Shown here one piece after another: positions 42,383-58,903 of a DNA stretch of 64,000 bases (positions are counted from its first letter, which is position 1; each line of letters begins with the position of its first letter). The stretch comes from Eledone cirrhosa (lineage: Eukaryota), in contig OZ024747.1 of the NCBI GenBank assembly GCA_964016885.1, forward strand, positions 38,874,001 through 38,938,000, given 5' to 3'. The notes beneath the pieces were generated by a model. It was not told the origin of the DNA. It made no database searches and was given only the letters and a program-made list of their open reading frames with translations. The translations under genes were made by a program, and so were the position numbers.

Positions 42383-42564
42383 TATATATTTATATAAATA
42401 CTCTTAGTACGGCTGTTACTTAAATTTAAGTATGTATACGTACATACATATATGTATACAGACGTAAAGCAGTATGTATATATATATATATACATGCACA
42501 CATATACTACTGTACGTCTGTATACATATATGTATGTACGTATACATATATATATATATATATT

Positions 42565-42620
<56 letters not shown>

Positions 42621-42989
42621 AATGCGACAGTGCATACATAGCGAGATGGTGTTGAGGAACAGCCAGGATTTGTTGTGATTGGAACAACCAGTCCTACTAG
42701 CATCAGCCTAGCTCTACTATGTCTGCTTTTACAGTGTTCACACTTTCTACTCTCCCTGAAACAATCGCCAAAGTGGCAAAGGTTGCGATAGTACGTAGGA
42801 GAGAGATAGGAGTGGAAGAATTATGATGACTGTAAATAAAAACAAGTACCTAATAAAAAAGGATCATATATAAATATATATATATAAATATATATATATA
42901 AATATATATTCATATATATATATTTATATATATATATTTATATATATATATATATATATTTATTCATATATATTACCAAAGATTTATAT

Positions 42990-43021
<32 letters not shown>

Positions 43022-43034
43022 GTAAATATATATA

Positions 43035-43093
<59 letters not shown>

Positions 43094-43103
43094 CCAAAGA
43101 TAT

Positions 43104-43218
<115 letters not shown>

Positions 43219-43481
43219 ATATATATTTATTCATATATATTACCAAAGATGTATATATATATAAATATATATATATATATGTAAATATATATATATTTAT
43301 AAAGATATATATATAACCAAAGATTTATATATATATATATATATATAACGAAGGAAAAGTGCTAAGGAACCAGATGGACTATAACGCACAAAAGTACTCA
43401 ATACTTACGATAGTAGAGTGGGTAATAGGAACGAGTAGGACCCCGACGGCTGACCTCAAGCCGTTTCGATGGCTAATTCTG

Positions 43482-43534
<53 letters not shown>

Positions 43535-43570
43535 TAAATCTTTGGTTATATATATATATTTAAGCAAAGA

Positions 43571-43631
43571 TTTATCTGACGAGGGCGTACTGAAAAAAAC
43601 GATACAGTACCTTCGAAATATATATAATAAA
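43571..43631 (+). ncRNA. Minimal type I hammerhead ribozyme (family C copy)
   Basis: UUUAU-CUGACGA-GGGCGUACUG/CAGUACCUUC-GAAA-UAUAUA-UA-AUAAA. Confidence 0.75.
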
Positions 43632-43925
43632 ACATATATTTTGATTATGTGTATGTCTTCATTTATTATTTATAATATTCTGAATAATATATATATATAG
43701 AAAATGTTTGACCCAGACGGCAGAGCTCAAGCCGTTTCGACGGCTATTTCTGGTGCGTTATGGTCCATCTGGTTCCTTACCACACCTCCTTCGTTATATA
43801 TATATATTTGTCTGTAACCACACACACACATATATACGTATATATATATTCACATAAATATGTATATACGTATATATTTACATGTTTATATGTATGTAAA
43901 TACATACACAAACATACACACACAT

Positions 43926-44014
<89 letters not shown>

Positions 44015-44146
44015 AATTGGGCTATATGCGTGTGTGCTTGTATTTATATGCGTGTGTATGTGTGCAAAAGAGAACGAGTCTCGGAGAGCGTGAGAGTGAG
44101 AAGAAAAGAGAGATAGTGAGAGAGAGAGAGGGAGAGCAAGAGAGAT

Positions 44147-44247
<101 letters not shown>

Positions 44248-44729
44248 GAGAGACGGTGTGAGAGCGCTTGTACGTATTTCTGTATATGTTGTTGTGTGTG
44301 TTTAAGTATGGCTGATTTTCCTGTGTGTAAGGTTACGATTAAGGAGTGAACATGTAGCCCACTAACACGCAAACTCCACACCTCAACAAGTTAGTCGTAT
44401 ATTGAACGACTATACAAGCGACCAGCTTCAAGAATTGGATCATTAAGAGATGCGACAAGACAACCTTGCCGAATCAAATCTCCCTTGCCTTGGCACGTTA
44501 GCTAGTGGGGATTAAAGGAAGCAAAAACTAATTGAGTAGGAGGCGTAGAAGGCGAAGTAAAGATGAAAATATAATTGTTGTTAAAAGAAAATACATACAA
44601 TAGGGCGGTACACTGTTTACAATTGAGACACTACATATATAAATAAATACATACATACATTCATTCTTGTAATCATACTCACCCGTAAACTCACATACAC
44701 TCTCTCCCCCGCTCCTTCTCATCACTCTC

Positions 44730-44770
<41 letters not shown>

Positions 44771-44790
44771 CATATATATATATATATATT

Positions 44791-44861
<71 letters not shown>

Positions 44862-44873
44862 AAATATATATAT

Positions 44874-44909
<36 letters not shown>

Positions 44910-45033
44910 CTATTATTAAGGCTAAATAGTGAGTCGGGAGTTTCGCCTATTCAGCCTAGGGTCAACAGACAAGAACTCGGATATATATACACATATTTAA
45001 TTATAGATACATAGATAAATAGACAGATACATA

Positions 45034-45069
<36 letters not shown>

Positions 45070-45072
45070 TAC

Positions 45073-45157
<85 letters not shown>

Positions 45158-46097
45158 TTATAGTTGTATATTTATGAGATCGGGATGAAAAGAGTATATT
45201 AAAAGTAAGCATTTTGTCGACTTTAGCAATGACAAATACAACAAAACAACATCACAACATCATGAATAATAACACCACACAAGAATCATTTTACTGAGAA
45301 CGTGTTAATTAACAAAAATAATAAATATAAAACAAAGAAGTAAAGCCTGTACGCAAACGAATGAGATTGTATTAAACGAAGGGTGTTCAATTATTAGTAT
45401 TATTATTTGCAACAGGGGCAATCTATGAGGGGACATTTGCAAGGACAAATGACAGAAACAGCTACTAATAATAATAAATAATATTTGTGATGACAATGTC
45501 GGTGTTGTCGATTACGAGTATGCAGGCAATGGGCCTGATGATAAAGGACGTGTCGGTGTTGATGGCAAAAAAGGAAACGACGGCAGCAGTGGCGGTGACG
45601 ATGACTGTTGCGTCGGCGGTAGTGGAGGTGACGGCGGCGATGATGCGGCTGGTGTTGGTGTTGCTGGTAGAACGCTGTGGTAGCAGAAGCTCCAAAGTTG
45701 GTTTGTGTCGGTGGAGTTAAGAGAGGTGGTGTGTGTGTGTGTGTGTGTGTGGTGTGCCGCTGAGGAGCGGTGCTTGACTCTCTTCTGTTTCAAGGGTGGG
45801 TTAATAATTATTTTCATTGTTTTTGTTGGTACTGTTATTATTTTTTTACCCGCTGAAAAAAAAAAAAAGAGAAAAGTAACGTGGAACGGAAAACACCCGC
45901 TATCTACACGGTAATTTGTTGCAATGCGGTGTCGTGGAAGATGAAATAATTATTTCCGAAAGACTTAAAAGCCAGCGACCGCACCCCACCTAAAAAAAAC
46001 ATAATAAATATTTAAAAAGAAAACATTAAAACAGCAATAAGAAAAACAACAATAATAATAATAGGAATAATTAACCAATACTTTCCCTAATCTCATA

Positions 46098-46145
<48 letters not shown>

Positions 46146-46206
46146 CATATATATATATACATACACACATATGTATAATAAATAAATAAGTAAATATATA
46201 TGTGTG

Positions 46207-46341
<135 letters not shown>

Positions 46342-46646
46342 GTATATATATATATATACTATTCACACACACAAATTATAGCAGCGATTCCTGCCTATGA
46401 CAAATAACGTTGGTTCGGATTATATTTTTACAAGAAGATTCAGTAGAAATCACATGGCAAGAGGCTTTCTATGAAAATGATACAGGATTGTACTCGGTAA
46501 TAAATCGAAAGGATTTCGGTGCTTCCTCCATTCTATTGTATATTTCCTGAGTTGTCAACATTCGGTATGATTTGCAGATTATGATATAATATATAAACAC
46601 ATTCATATACATACACATATTTACACACACCAGTATACGTATATAA

Positions 46647-46677
<31 letters not shown>

Positions 46678-46681
46678 AAAA

Positions 46682-46734
<53 letters not shown>

Positions 46735-46735
46735 A

Positions 46736-46824
<89 letters not shown>

Positions 46825-47079
46825 CATGTATAAGTGCCTGTGTGTACATTCATATATTCAGATTCATATACATACATATATATATATATATACACACACA
46901 CATATATCTGTGTGTATATGTTATGACAAATATCATAAGCAAAATCATTTCGAAGTCAAAGAAAGTGCAAAGGATATTCCATAATAATTTTTATTAATGT
47001 TATATGTTCATCAATTTTTTACACAAACCTTCGATATAACATTTCTGGGAACGATAAGGTAAGAATAATTATTTTCTAT

Positions 47080-47111
47080 CATTATAATAATAGTGTTATT
47101 AATAAAAATAA

Positions 47112-47157
<46 letters not shown>

Positions 47158-47215
47158 TGTTATTATTATTATTATTATTTTATTATTGTTATTAGTATTA
47201 TTATTATTATTATTA

Positions 47216-47262
<47 letters not shown>

Positions 47263-47804
47263 GTTGTTGTTATTGTTATTGTTGTTGTTGTTGTTATTAT
47301 AGTTATTGTTGTTGTTGTTGTCTTCACCATCATCATCATTCATATTTCTAGCATTGACTTTCTCTTTCCTACCTTCCTCACCATCATTACCAGCATCATA
47401 ACTATCAATGAATACCGTAATCAGTATCATGATAATATAGCCTGGCGAGCGAGTGTGGCTCGATGCATCAGTAAATTGTTGAAGATCATACCACGTCAGC
47501 CGGTTTCCATTCCCGGCTGGAGCCACTAGTTCTCCCATGATTCACAATGAGAGATATGAACATCTCAACCTTTCTGTTTCGAAATTCCTTCTTCTTTATG
47601 TCAATGTAAGAATACCATTACCTTTATTAATACCATTCCGTCGAAATCATTTCAATGCATGAAACTACTTTATATGTACAACTGTATTTCTCAACATAAA
47701 CTTCACCACCTTCACCTTCAGCACCATCATCATCACCACCATTAGCATCATCATCCACCTCGTCACCGTTTATCATAATCATCACCAACGTTATCCTAAT
47801 CAAA

Positions 47805-47842
<38 letters not shown>

Positions 47843-48290
47843 TATCATCACTGCAAACCGCACAACCACTATTACCACCAACTGCAAAGCCAACATCAAC
47901 AACACGATCACGACCATCACAAGCAACCCCAACATCATCATTATCATCATATATTATTATCATCATCATCATCATCACCATCACCCTCAATGGCAACATC
48001 CACGCTGCCGAAGTAATCAAAATCACCAGGAAGAGTAGAGGCAGTAACAGCAATAGCAGTCGTAACGTTTACGCACCATCATCGTCATTGCCCTCATCAT
48101 CATCATCATCATCATTCTGGTCTTCAGCTTCAGCATCATAATCAATATCATCTTTATCATCATAATCATTATCATAATCATGATGTTCATCAACATATTC
48201 AACACAATTATCATTCTCATCATAATCATCATCATCATCATCATCATCATCATTTCCACCCTTATCACTATCACCATACACCATGCTGGT
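47080..48290. repeat. (AAT)n/(GTT)n and (CAT)n trinucleotide low-complexity tracts
   Basis: Directly visible. The ORFs here are poly-N/I/M/D translations. Confidence 0.9.
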
Positions 48291-48570
48291 GTGCTAAAGA
48301 TTCACAAACGGGTAGCCGCATCTGCTGTTTAGTTTCCAGTGAAAACTCCCCCTATACAATATTCTATTCATGCGGAAGACTATTCCAGTGAAATGTGGTA
48401 GTTGGAGAGAAATATCTTCAACACTGATACTCGTTCACTCATTTATTCAGTCATTCATTTTATTCTTCTCTTTCGTTAAATTTTTCTCCTTCTCATAATC
48501 TCGTCTTCGTAAATCTGTTATTAATTCGAGGAAATTTTATATTTCTGTAAAGTGTTTGCCAGGCCTTGTC

Positions 48571-48653
<83 letters not shown>

Positions 48654-48928
48654 TATATCTATACGTCGTTTTTGAATTATTGGCAGCATCCGAAAAGTAT
48701 AACAATACAGACCCTCCGAAAGTATAACAATATATATATAACGAAGGAGTTGTGGTAAGGAACCAGACGGACCATAATGCACCAGAGTACTCAATGCTTA
48801 GGGTAGTAGAGTGGGTAATAAGAAACTGTATGACTCTGACGGCAGAGCTCAAACCGTTTCGACGACTATTTAGAAATAGCCGTCGAAACGGTTTGAGCTC
48901 TGCTGTCGGAGTCATACATTTTCCTATA

Positions 48929-49501
48929 CCCAGTACAACCTGTCGCATGGTCGGGTCTTTGGCGACTAAACCGGCAACACCACCAAGTTTACTTGGTGAG
49001 GAGGGTGGCTTTGGACCCCCTGCAGGACAAAAAACAAAACCTGACAAAGGGCAGACGAACTCATATGAGTCAATGGCCATCCAAAAGTGTGTAAATATGT
49101 ATATATACATGTACATATGTATTATATGTATATGTACATGGGTGAATGTGTGTGTATATGCGTGGGGACATAGAAATAGTCAGGCTGTACACCCGATCGC
49201 GTGGTTAAGCCACTGGGAGTGAAGGACCCCTAGCCTTTGTCAGGGCATTCTTCTAGAAGGCAACTCAGGAAACTGGGATAACTCCGATATAAAACCTGCG
49301 GCTCAGTAGTTACCAAAGATGTTGATATTTTCTTCTTTTCGGGTTATAGCTACTGTCGCTCAGAGAGTGGGATTGGCTCAGTGCACAGTCTTTCCTCACT
49401 TTAAAAAATATCTTAACGCACAGGCATTTCACGATAGAATTAATTAATAATTATTAATAATGGTATATCGTGTAATGGTCATACTCGATAACGAGGGAGC
49501 A

Positions 49502-49508
<7 letters not shown>
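48929..49508 (+). mobile_element. Second copy of the internally deleted RTE-derived element
   Basis: CCAGTACAACCTGTC.CATGGTCGGGTC.TTGGCGACTAAA... matches 4380 onward and shares the 3' end before (TA)n. Confidence 0.6.
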
Positions 49509-49565
<57 letters not shown>

Positions 49566-49788
49566 ATACAAGATATCGTTTTCGGTATGAATGTATATAT
49601 ATATATAATTTTATTTCATCTGCCTGTATTCCAAAAAAATGTTGCATTATATGTTCTACTTATCTTCTCTTTCATCTTGTACCTTACAAAGGAAAATGTT
49701 ATTACATTGCTTCAATACATAAAACGAGCTATAATACACCCGCCAAAATGTAGTACTACAAAACCACAACAGAGACAACAACCTTTTA

Positions 49789-49833
<45 letters not shown>

Positions 49834-50085
49834 CACTGTTGCTTGTCATTATCATTATACAGCATTATCTTTGGGCAATCGTGCCTATGTGTATCTCAGT
49901 ATACATCGATATATATGCAGAAGCTCACACATGTATAAATATTTGTGTGTGTGTGTGTTTGTGCATGTCTGTAGATACATACACGCATACACGTACACAC
50001 ACAAACACACACAAATATATATATATGTATGTATGTATATATATATATATATATATACATATTATATATATATATATATATATAT

Positions 50086-50354
50086 ATAATATGTTGAGAA
50101 GGTAACACACCAGAGAGAGATATATAGTGCGTTATCAATAATACAGGGAAAAAACCACCAGTGTATGGAATCTATAGTATAGATTCCATACACTGGTGGT
50201 TTTTTCCCTGTATTATTGATAACGCACTATATATCTCTCTCTGGTGTGTTACCTTCTCAACATATTATGTTCTAAAGGGCTCAGGATCTCTTCCCCTTTG
50301 AGCACATTATTTACAGGGAATAACGACGGCCTATGCCTCCGTTAATTTATCGTG
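50086..50354 (+). repeat. Perfect 91-bp-arm palindrome (50086-50268, 1-nt loop at 50177) plus unpaired tail to 50354
   Basis: ...GGAATCTATA G TATAGATTCC... with no mismatch seen. (TA)n on both sides. Confidence 0.92.
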
Positions 50355-50482
50355 ATATATATATATATATATATATAAATATATATATATAGGCGGCGAG
50401 GGTGCAAGATAGCGGTCGCTCTCGAGTCCTCGATTTTCAGCCCCATGGATTTTATCTATTACATTCACGTATTATATTTCGA

Positions 50483-50540
50483 ATACCTGATGATATCACC
50501 GGATTCATACGGAACCCGGTCATTGAAATGATCATAGTAT
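50483..50540 (+). ncRNA. Minimal type I hammerhead ribozyme (family L) in a TA-flanked insert (50392-50595)
   Basis: AUAC-CUGAUGA-UAUCACCGG..CCGGUCAUU-GAAA-UGAUCA-UA-GUAU. Loop III (UGAUCA) is palindromic. Confidence 0.75.
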
Positions 50541-51091
50541 AATAAACCTTTCAAGGATTTACACAAATCCAGCCTCCTATCATTTCATTATATTATATAT
50601 ATATGTATGTATGTTTGTATATATTTATAACTGTTTTAATTAATAACATTACTATGGTTATTATTGTTTTTGTAGTTCTTGATATTAATTATTCACTAGT
50701 TTCATGATACTTTCTACTACATTACCTGCTGCACATCCAAATATTAATCTTATTTGCGTTCTTAGTAGTTATTATCATTAGTATCTTTATTATCAAACAA
50801 TATCATTAACAATATCCAGATCTGTATTATTATTGGCTGCTATGTTTGTATGAGTGTAACTATGCATCATATTTTGTGGAACCCTGACCATGAATTATAG
50901 ATTCCGCCTCTTGACATATACGATTGTTGAACAGACAAGGTTTGCATGCACTGAGACCCAGTAGAATACTACAAAGAAATACCACCCCTGAACATTTTTA
51001 TCTTAATTTCAATACCTTCTTTTTCTGTTCTCGTTTTTCCTCAATCCTTCCTACACTAAATTGATTTGCGAAGAAACAAACACACACACAG

Positions 51092-51208
<117 letters not shown>

Positions 51209-51698
51209 CGCACACACACACACAAACACACAAATGCACAGACACGTGTACACACCCCACCCAATGAACACAGACTAACACACGCTTCAGTGCTTCGCAG
51301 TTGCAGCTAAAGAAAATAGAGTCGATTTAGAGAAATTTAAGAGAAAACAAAAATAATATCATGTGATATATGTACATATTTTACATATATACATGGAAAC
51401 AAGCATACACACAACAACCAACCTGAACCACACACATACACACACACATATATATATATATATATGCTGGCGGTTTCTGTGTATACGTGTGCGCGCGTGT
51501 GTGTGTGTGTGTATGTATCTCCCTGAGTATGTGTGGGAGTGTATTTCTAGAATGGGTGATCACATAAAGGAGGACCCTCAGAAGCGCCGAATAAAGACCA
51601 GTTTTCCCTGAATAAATACAACCCATCTACTAGGAACACTATCTATCGAATTCTGAATCTTGAAAACATGTATGTATACTTATATAAAAATATATATA

Positions 51699-51738
<40 letters not shown>

Positions 51739-52016
51739 TGTGCACGTATGCGTGTGCGTGTTCATGTTTATGTATGTGCATGTGTTTGTACGTGTGTGCA
51801 CGTGTGTATAAGCGTGTGTGTGTCTGTGTCTATGTTTTCCTTCGTGGATATGATTAGAAGTACGACGAAAATAGATCGATAAGATAAGTACCAGACTTGA
51901 AAAAAATTACTTGCGGCAATATTATCGAATACAGACCTCAGTATCCATGTATGCTCGCAACCTAACGACTGAGAGACTTAAAGAATGTATATATATATAT
52001 ATGTATATATATACAC

Positions 52017-52084
<68 letters not shown>

Positions 52085-52182
52085 AGTGTAACGTGCAGTT
52101 ACTGTAGGTTCACCCGAGTGACCAATCGATGAGTAGTTTCCAGTATGTAAAGAGGTGCATAACTAAGCAGAGTTTAATTATA

Positions 52183-52373
52183 ATAATTGTTTCTACTTTT
52201 GGCACAAGGCCAGCAAATACCCAGTACATTACTCGTACTTTATTGTATCGACCTCGTAAGGATGAAAGGCAAAGTTAACCTTGGCGGGTTTTGAACTCAG
52301 AAAGGCAAGGGCCATAACTCTATAGGTCAAAGCATGGCGTCCGAAACTCTACCAATACTGCCAATCCACCGCC
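52183..52373 (-). mobile_element. tRNA-derived SINE
   Basis: Same family as 3111-3296. Confidence 0.85.
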
Positions 52374-52449
52374 CTAATAATAAAGGACAATTTGTTATGT
52401 TTCATTACCTTTATTGAGTAGTGTCGCGCGTTTCACTATTGATCAGCTC

Positions 52450-52532
52450 AAAGTTGACCTGTATCAATCTAGCCCGACTGGGAAATGAAAAGCTCGTCGA
52501 ACCTCTGCTGTGCCATTACCACACACACATAA

Positions 52533-52581
<49 letters not shown>

Positions 52582-52593
52582 GTAATATATATG

Positions 52594-52683
<90 letters not shown>

Positions 52684-52811
52684 TATTACCACATATATAT
52701 ATTACCACACATATATATATGTGTGTGTTTATTTGTGTGTGGTAATGGCACAGCAGAGGTTCGACGAGCTTTTCATTTCACAGTCAGTCTAGATTGATAC
52801 AGGTCAAACTT
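52450..52811. repeat. Inverted repeat (~95-bp arms) around a central (TA)n-rich tract
   Basis: AAGTTGACCTGTATCAATCTAG...GCCATTACCACAC versus GTGTGGTAATGGC...CTAGATTGATACAGGTCAAACTT. Confidence 0.85.
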
Positions 52812-52901
52812 TATATATGTATATGTATATATATATGTATATATATATATATGTATATATGTATATATGTATATATATATATGTATATATGTATATATAT
52901 A

Positions 52902-52986
<85 letters not shown>

Positions 52987-53005
52987 TCTATATGTGTATA
53001 TATGC

Positions 53006-53036
<31 letters not shown>

Positions 53037-53113
53037 TATGTGTGTCTATATGTGTATATATGCATATATATATGTATATATATATATATTCAGATATATA
53101 CATATATATGTGC

Positions 53114-53551
<438 letters not shown>

Positions 53552-53598
53552 GGAGATAGAGACACAAATATGTTTGCGTTTGTGCGTGTGTAGGTATT

Positions 53599-53680
<82 letters not shown>

Positions 53681-54104
53681 ATATGCATACATTCTCGGTC
53701 AAATGTTGCCAGCTACACAGTGGAAGGAAGAGAAAGGAACATTACGGAGAAATATGTGGGAAAAAAATGTAGTGCATTGTTATTGAGGTAGGAACATCAT
53801 CACATAAAATGAAAGGTAAACAACTTTACATTTACCTTCCCTAAATGACGATAAATACCGCACATTCACACTCACACATATATTTAAGCAACATATACTA
53901 ACGTAAAATTGTTCACGTGTGCCTGTGTGTATGTGTATGTATGTGTATGCGGAGACACATCTGGTTGTATTTATGTGTCAGTTTGAGTACGTTTTCGTGG
54001 TATTATAAAGAAAAAACAAAATCATGTTAAATACAGTTTAACTTTCAATTCATGTACCTCAATTGCAGAAGTTCAACTTCGTTTTTGATTACTTTAAACT
54101 AACA

Positions 54105-54228
<124 letters not shown>

Positions 54229-54269
54229 CCAACTTGATCTCTCTCTCTCTTTTTCACTCTCTCTCTCTC

Positions 54270-54356
<87 letters not shown>

Positions 54357-54515
54357 AGAGGTGAGTTTTATTGTAGTACAATAAAGCAATGCAGATATCG
54401 GATAATACATATATATATATATATATGTATTAAAATAATCGGATATACATATATATATATATATATATATATGTATTAAAATAACAGTTTAAAGTGTAAG
54501 CAAAGAATATATGTG

Positions 54516-54556
<41 letters not shown>

Positions 54557-54769
54557 GGATATGCATATATGTATATATATATACATATATATATATATAT
54601 TTGTATATATATATATATATATATATATACATGGATATGCATATATGTATATATATATACATATATATATATATATTTGTATATATATATATATATATAT
54701 ATACACACAGAGACACACAGACACACACACATATATATATATATACGTACACAAAAACATATGTATATA

Positions 54770-54833
<64 letters not shown>

Positions 54834-54963
54834 TATATATATATATATGCATATATGTATATATATACATGTATGTATATATATATTTGTATGTATCTCC
54901 ATACACACACGCGCAAACACATATATATATATATATTAAGTACCTGTTTATGTCACTGTTGTA

Positions 54964-54996
<33 letters not shown>

Positions 54997-55189
54997 GTAG
55001 GGGGTGAGTTTTATTGTAGTACAATAAAGCAATGCAGATATCAGATAAGTAGCACTCTACAGCTTGTAGGACTGGAGTATAAATTATAATATATAAGATC
55101 AAAAGATGTTTAATGCGCATAATACATGGAACTCTTTTAACCATCTTTTGATCTTATATATTATTATATATATATATATATATATATAA

Positions 55190-55233
<44 letters not shown>

Positions 55234-55429
55234 ATGAGTGTGATTGTGTTCGTGAATGTGAATTTCGTTTACATTCACATTTATCTCAAGATAACAACTG
55301 CACCCCTAGTGTACAATTCCACATAATGCATATATTCCTATGTATAAATCTATAAATGTATGCCTACACGATACAACATACAGGATTGTATTCAAGAATC
55401 GTTATATATATAATTATATTTACTTTTTA

Positions 55430-55529
<100 letters not shown>

Positions 55530-55585
55530 CGAAGGAAATGTGGTAAGGAACCAGGTGGACCATAACGCACCAAAGTACTAAGTAG

Positions 55586-55658
<73 letters not shown>

Positions 55659-56284
55659 AATATATTTATATTTGTGTGAGTGTTTGTGTTTGCCTGTGTA
55701 TGTGTATGTGTGTATATATTGAGCGATTCTGCGAGAGTTTGACCGTTAAAGTGACGGAAATATGACAGCGAGAAACGCTTGTATGTGTACACATGTGTGG
55801 CCGTTGAAATATTTTCATATATAAATATTCTTCAAAAAGTAACGTTTTTTATGCGTTGTTGCGGTGAAATGCCAAAATATGTATATAATTGTTGTGGAAT
55901 TTGACTATTTATTAAATAATTAAATAAATGAATGTAAATGAAATTCACACACGTCTCTTGATGTGTATCTTTAACAACTCACTTCATATGAAAACTGGTC
56001 CTGTCTCACGCTCACATATCATATATAGAAACACTTAAACGCGCACATATACAACATAGCTTCTAATTAGTCTTCAGAAATCTAGATATAGAGGCAAATG
56101 CTCCTCAAAACAGAAAGTACTGTTGTAAAAATACACGGTGCATTCAAAATTACCAAACTAGACGTCTATGAAAATTAGGAAACGCTCTGCGGGGTAATAT
56201 GGCTTTTCGAGGACATGTGTCAACATACACAAAAACGACTACAAGCATAACACGAAAAAAGGTCGCAACACGCTGGCGGACATG

Positions 56285-56350
<66 letters not shown>

Positions 56351-56418
56351 ATTGCGTGTGTGTGTATGTGTATTGTGTGTGTGTTCTTCTGGTTTTATAG
56401 TTTCACACATTTTTATCA

Positions 56419-56459
<41 letters not shown>

Positions 56460-56699
56460 TTCTAGCATAGATGCAAGACACTCATATTTGCACAACATCA
56501 ACTAGGTAGATATGTATGTCTACATGCGTGCATGTGTGTGCAAGTATGGATGTTATTATATGTGTGGAGTGGATGTTTTGAGTTACGTATGCATGTGCAT
56601 ATGCCTTGTATCTGTACATGTGTATATGCAGTTATTAGATGCAGGATTGTGTATGTATGTATATACATACATACACAATTCTGCATCTAATAACTGCAT

Positions 56700-56770
<71 letters not shown>

Positions 56771-56983
56771 ATCGATCGACTTTCGTCAAATCGGACCGAG
56801 GAAACAATGTTTCCGTTGGTCTTTCCAGTTGCTAGTACTATCTATCGGTCGCAACTCCAGGTAGAAGGAGCAACGTGAAATAAAGTGTCTTGCTCAAGGA
56901 CATAACGCATCGCCCGGTCCGGGAACCGAACTCACAACCTCAACATTGTGAATCCAATTTTCTAACCTCTCAGCTACACCCCT

Positions 56984-57059
<76 letters not shown>

Positions 57060-57171
57060 GCATGTATATATATATATGGATATGCATATATGTATATATA
57101 TATATATATACATACATATATATATATATATTTGTATATATATATATATATATATACATACACACAAACAT

Positions 57172-57215
<44 letters not shown>

Positions 57216-57242
57216 CACATACATATCCATATATATATATAA

Positions 57243-57275
<33 letters not shown>

Positions 57276-57366
57276 CATATATATGTACATATATATGCCC
57301 TTGTATGTGTATAGAGAGGTAAAGAGGGGTAAAGAAAGAGAAAAAGACAGACACACGAACAAACAC

Positions 57367-57415
<49 letters not shown>

Positions 57416-57849
57416 TGTCTGTATGTGGGTGTGTGTTTGTGCGTGATATGTATATATATATATATGTATGTGTTTCTTTGTGCCAGTTTGTGTATCTGTG
57501 TAATTGATAACGACTTCATTGTCTATATCTCCTAACACACTTACTAGCTTGAATCGTTCACCTTCTGCTCTAATGAATTATACATATTTTTAGTTAACGA
57601 ATTATAAATTACTAACTAAATGAACGAATTCATTCTCAATACACTATATTCCCAAACTTTAACTAGTAGAAAACATGTTTTAAGTTTGTGGTCTAGATTT
57701 GAGTTGCCAAAGTATATCCCGACCCCGAGAAGCATGCAAATCGGTCATATGAATTGTTATAAAGTTGATTATTTGGTTGTGTGGATTTGTTAATCAATGA
57801 ACGTTTATAACTACATAACAATGCTTAGAGAATAAAAATATTTGTTTTT

Positions 57850-58225
57850 ACATTTTGGCACAAGGGCAGCAAATTAACCAGTACATTACTGGTTTTTTAT
57901 TTTATCGACCCCGTAAGGATGAAAGGCAAAGTTAACTTCGGCGGGATTTGAACTCAGAATGGCAAGAGCCGTAACTATATGTGTCAAAGCATGGCGTCCG
58001 ACCCTCTACCGATACTGCCAATCCACTGCCATAAAAATAATTGTTTCTACTTTTGGCACAAGGCCAGCAATTAACCAGTGCATTACTGGTACTTTATTTT
58101 ATCGACCCCGTAAGGATGAAAGGCAAAGTAAACCTCAGCGGGATTTGAACTCAGACCGTATAGGGACGTAACTATGCTGGAAAGCATAGCTTCCGACTCT
58201 CTACCGATACTGCCAATCCACCGCC
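57850..58225 (-). mobile_element. Two tandem tRNA-derived SINE copies
   Basis: 57850-58030 and 58038-58225 each carry the B-box and family body. Confidence 0.85.
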
Positions 58226-58670
58226 ATAAAAATAATACATGCCAAACATATGTACATATGTATGTATACATGTATGTATGTATGCATGCATGTATGTGTG
58301 TATGTATGTATGTATGTATGTATGTATGTATGTATGTATGTATGTATGTATGTATGTATGTATGTGTGGATGTATGTATGCATGTATGTTATCTCTTTCT
58401 CTTAATTGAGAAAGCGATAACATACATGCATACATACATACACACATACATACATATGTATGTATGCAGGCATGTATATATGTATATATGTATGTATGCA
58501 TGCATGTATATATGTATGTATGTATATGATACAGAGTGAGAGACACACATACACACATATTATTATTTCCTTCGAATAAAACAGTTCTAGCCCTGTAGAA
58601 GCCATTTCTATATTAAATTTTGTTATATATAAATATATAATAATATGTGTGTGTGTGTGTGTGTGTGTCT

Positions 58671-58743
<73 letters not shown>

Positions 58744-58834
58744 TGTGTGTGTGTATGTGTGTGCGTGTGTGTGTGTGTGTGTGTGCGTGTGTGTGTAGAT
58801 ATATGTGTGTGAGTGTTCGTGTGAGTGTGTGAGA

Positions 58835-58903
<69 letters not shown>

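Noticed and set aside
47011-47538. 175-aa minus-strand ORF starting MGELVAPAGNG
   Set aside because: Mostly trinucleotide repeat. The short unique part has no recognisable motif.
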